In this document: piece after piece, positions 63,142-64,000 of the stretch
Numbering within the stretch: position 1 is the first letter of the stretch
Layout of the letters: every line of letters starts with the position of its first letter
Assembly (NCBI RefSeq): GCF_006345805.1
Contig: NW_021833588.1
Location: forward strand, 1 to 64,000
From: Octopus sinensis
Lineage: Eukaryota
DNA length: 64,000 nt
Direction of reading: 5' to 3'
The notes under the pieces: generated by a model
What the model was told of the DNA's origin: nothing
The model's input: only the letters and a program-made list of their open reading frames with translations
Database searches by the model: none
Translations under genes and position numbers: made by a program

Positions 63142-63880
63142 TTAATTAGTTTCTAAACTTGCCAGGTCTCTGCTATCTTCTTGTATTTCTCTGCCATCTT
63201 TGGACTCCAGTATCACCATACCAGTGGGTGAAAATCCTTTTACATAGTATATTCTTGTATCATGGTGCTCATTTAGAGACCACTTCCGCGTCCCTTTATT
63301 TTTGTCTGTTTTAATTCTTCTAACAACTTTTTCCCCAATTTTAAAAACAGAGGTGTCATTCTTCCACATGTTTTTTTTAGCATTTTTTTTTCCGCCGCAT
63401 CCGAGTACTGGACAGCCTTTGTCCTTGTACTACTGACGGTAAACCATTTCCAAGCCATATAATTCTTTACGTCATTTTTTTCATAGGAATTTAGGCGAAT
63501 AGGAGATTCTTTTTCATAGGCGAATAGGAGATTAAGTTCTTCTTCGCTATAGTGTATGTTTGCAGACTGATCGGCATTTTCTCCAAACATAATTCTGAAC
63601 GGTGCAAACGACGTAGTGGAATGCACCGTTGAGTTATATGAACTGGTTATCCGGTCTATAATCGAAATCCATTTATAATCGAGGTTTTCAGACAAAAAGG
63701 TGGAGGACAACATATATTTCAGAGATTGGTTTAGTCTTTCCACCTGCCCCTGCACCCAAGGGCACCTTGCACGACCTTTCACGTGCTTTATCTTGTACTC
63801 ATCGCACAATCGGGAAATCCTTTCGTTGACAAATTCCTTCCCATTGTCCGTATGAAGAATTAATGGTTTTCCAAACATTA
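63142..63880 (-). pseudogene. Gypsy-like rve integrase (Ginger/KRBA2-type) C-terminal half
   Basis: LHTDNGKEF...KGRARCPWVQGQVERLNQSLK...YNSTVHSTT..APF, then a frameshifted FKIGEKV tail; no RT or gag nearby. Confidence 0.85.
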
Positions 63881-64000
63881 ATATTATTTTATTTATACAG
63901 TCCGACCTTGAATTGGAACCTTGAATTGGAACACTAAGTTAATTAATGCAAAAAAGTCTTAAATATTATTATTTATTGAAAAATAGTCATCGATCCTTTT

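Overview
AT-rich eukaryotic (animal) nuclear DNA, not prokaryotic. Host genes are broken by ultrashort GT-AG introns (about 23-35 nt), and a YPWM/homeodomain Hox gene is present. This combination suggests a highly derived metazoan parasite such as a dicyemid (inference). Host genes read by eye: AATF/BFR2, a dynein light chain, a divergent Hox2/3-like gene, importin-alpha, a plant-DWF5-type 7-dehydrocholesterol reductase, CACYBP, an NDUFA4-like gene plus a truncated paralog, two ML/NPC2-domain genes, three tRNAs and one tRNA pseudogene. The rest is a dense mosaic of mobile DNA: three copies of a non-autonomous Helitron carrying 95-bp tandem arrays, several hAT elements with intact 8-bp TSDs, TGTCAC-ended TIR elements containing TTAGGG tracts, Ginger/rve-type integrase remnants, and many CRE-, RTE-, R4- and Jockey/I-like LINE fragments. 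Main leads: (1) an inverted-duplicated ML gene pair whose flanks, introns and synonymous sites are nearly identical while the mature domain is about 41% identical; (2) an apparently intact hAT whose transposase ORF is restored by four host-sized micro-introns; (3) a compositionally foreign cassette of tightly packed Cys-rich ORFs lying downstream of an integrase remnant; (4) an RTE LINE with a clean twin-priming 5' inversion. Everything was read by eye without database searches. Fragment boundaries are approximate unless a TSD is quoted, and the assembly appears to contain homopolymer indel errors.
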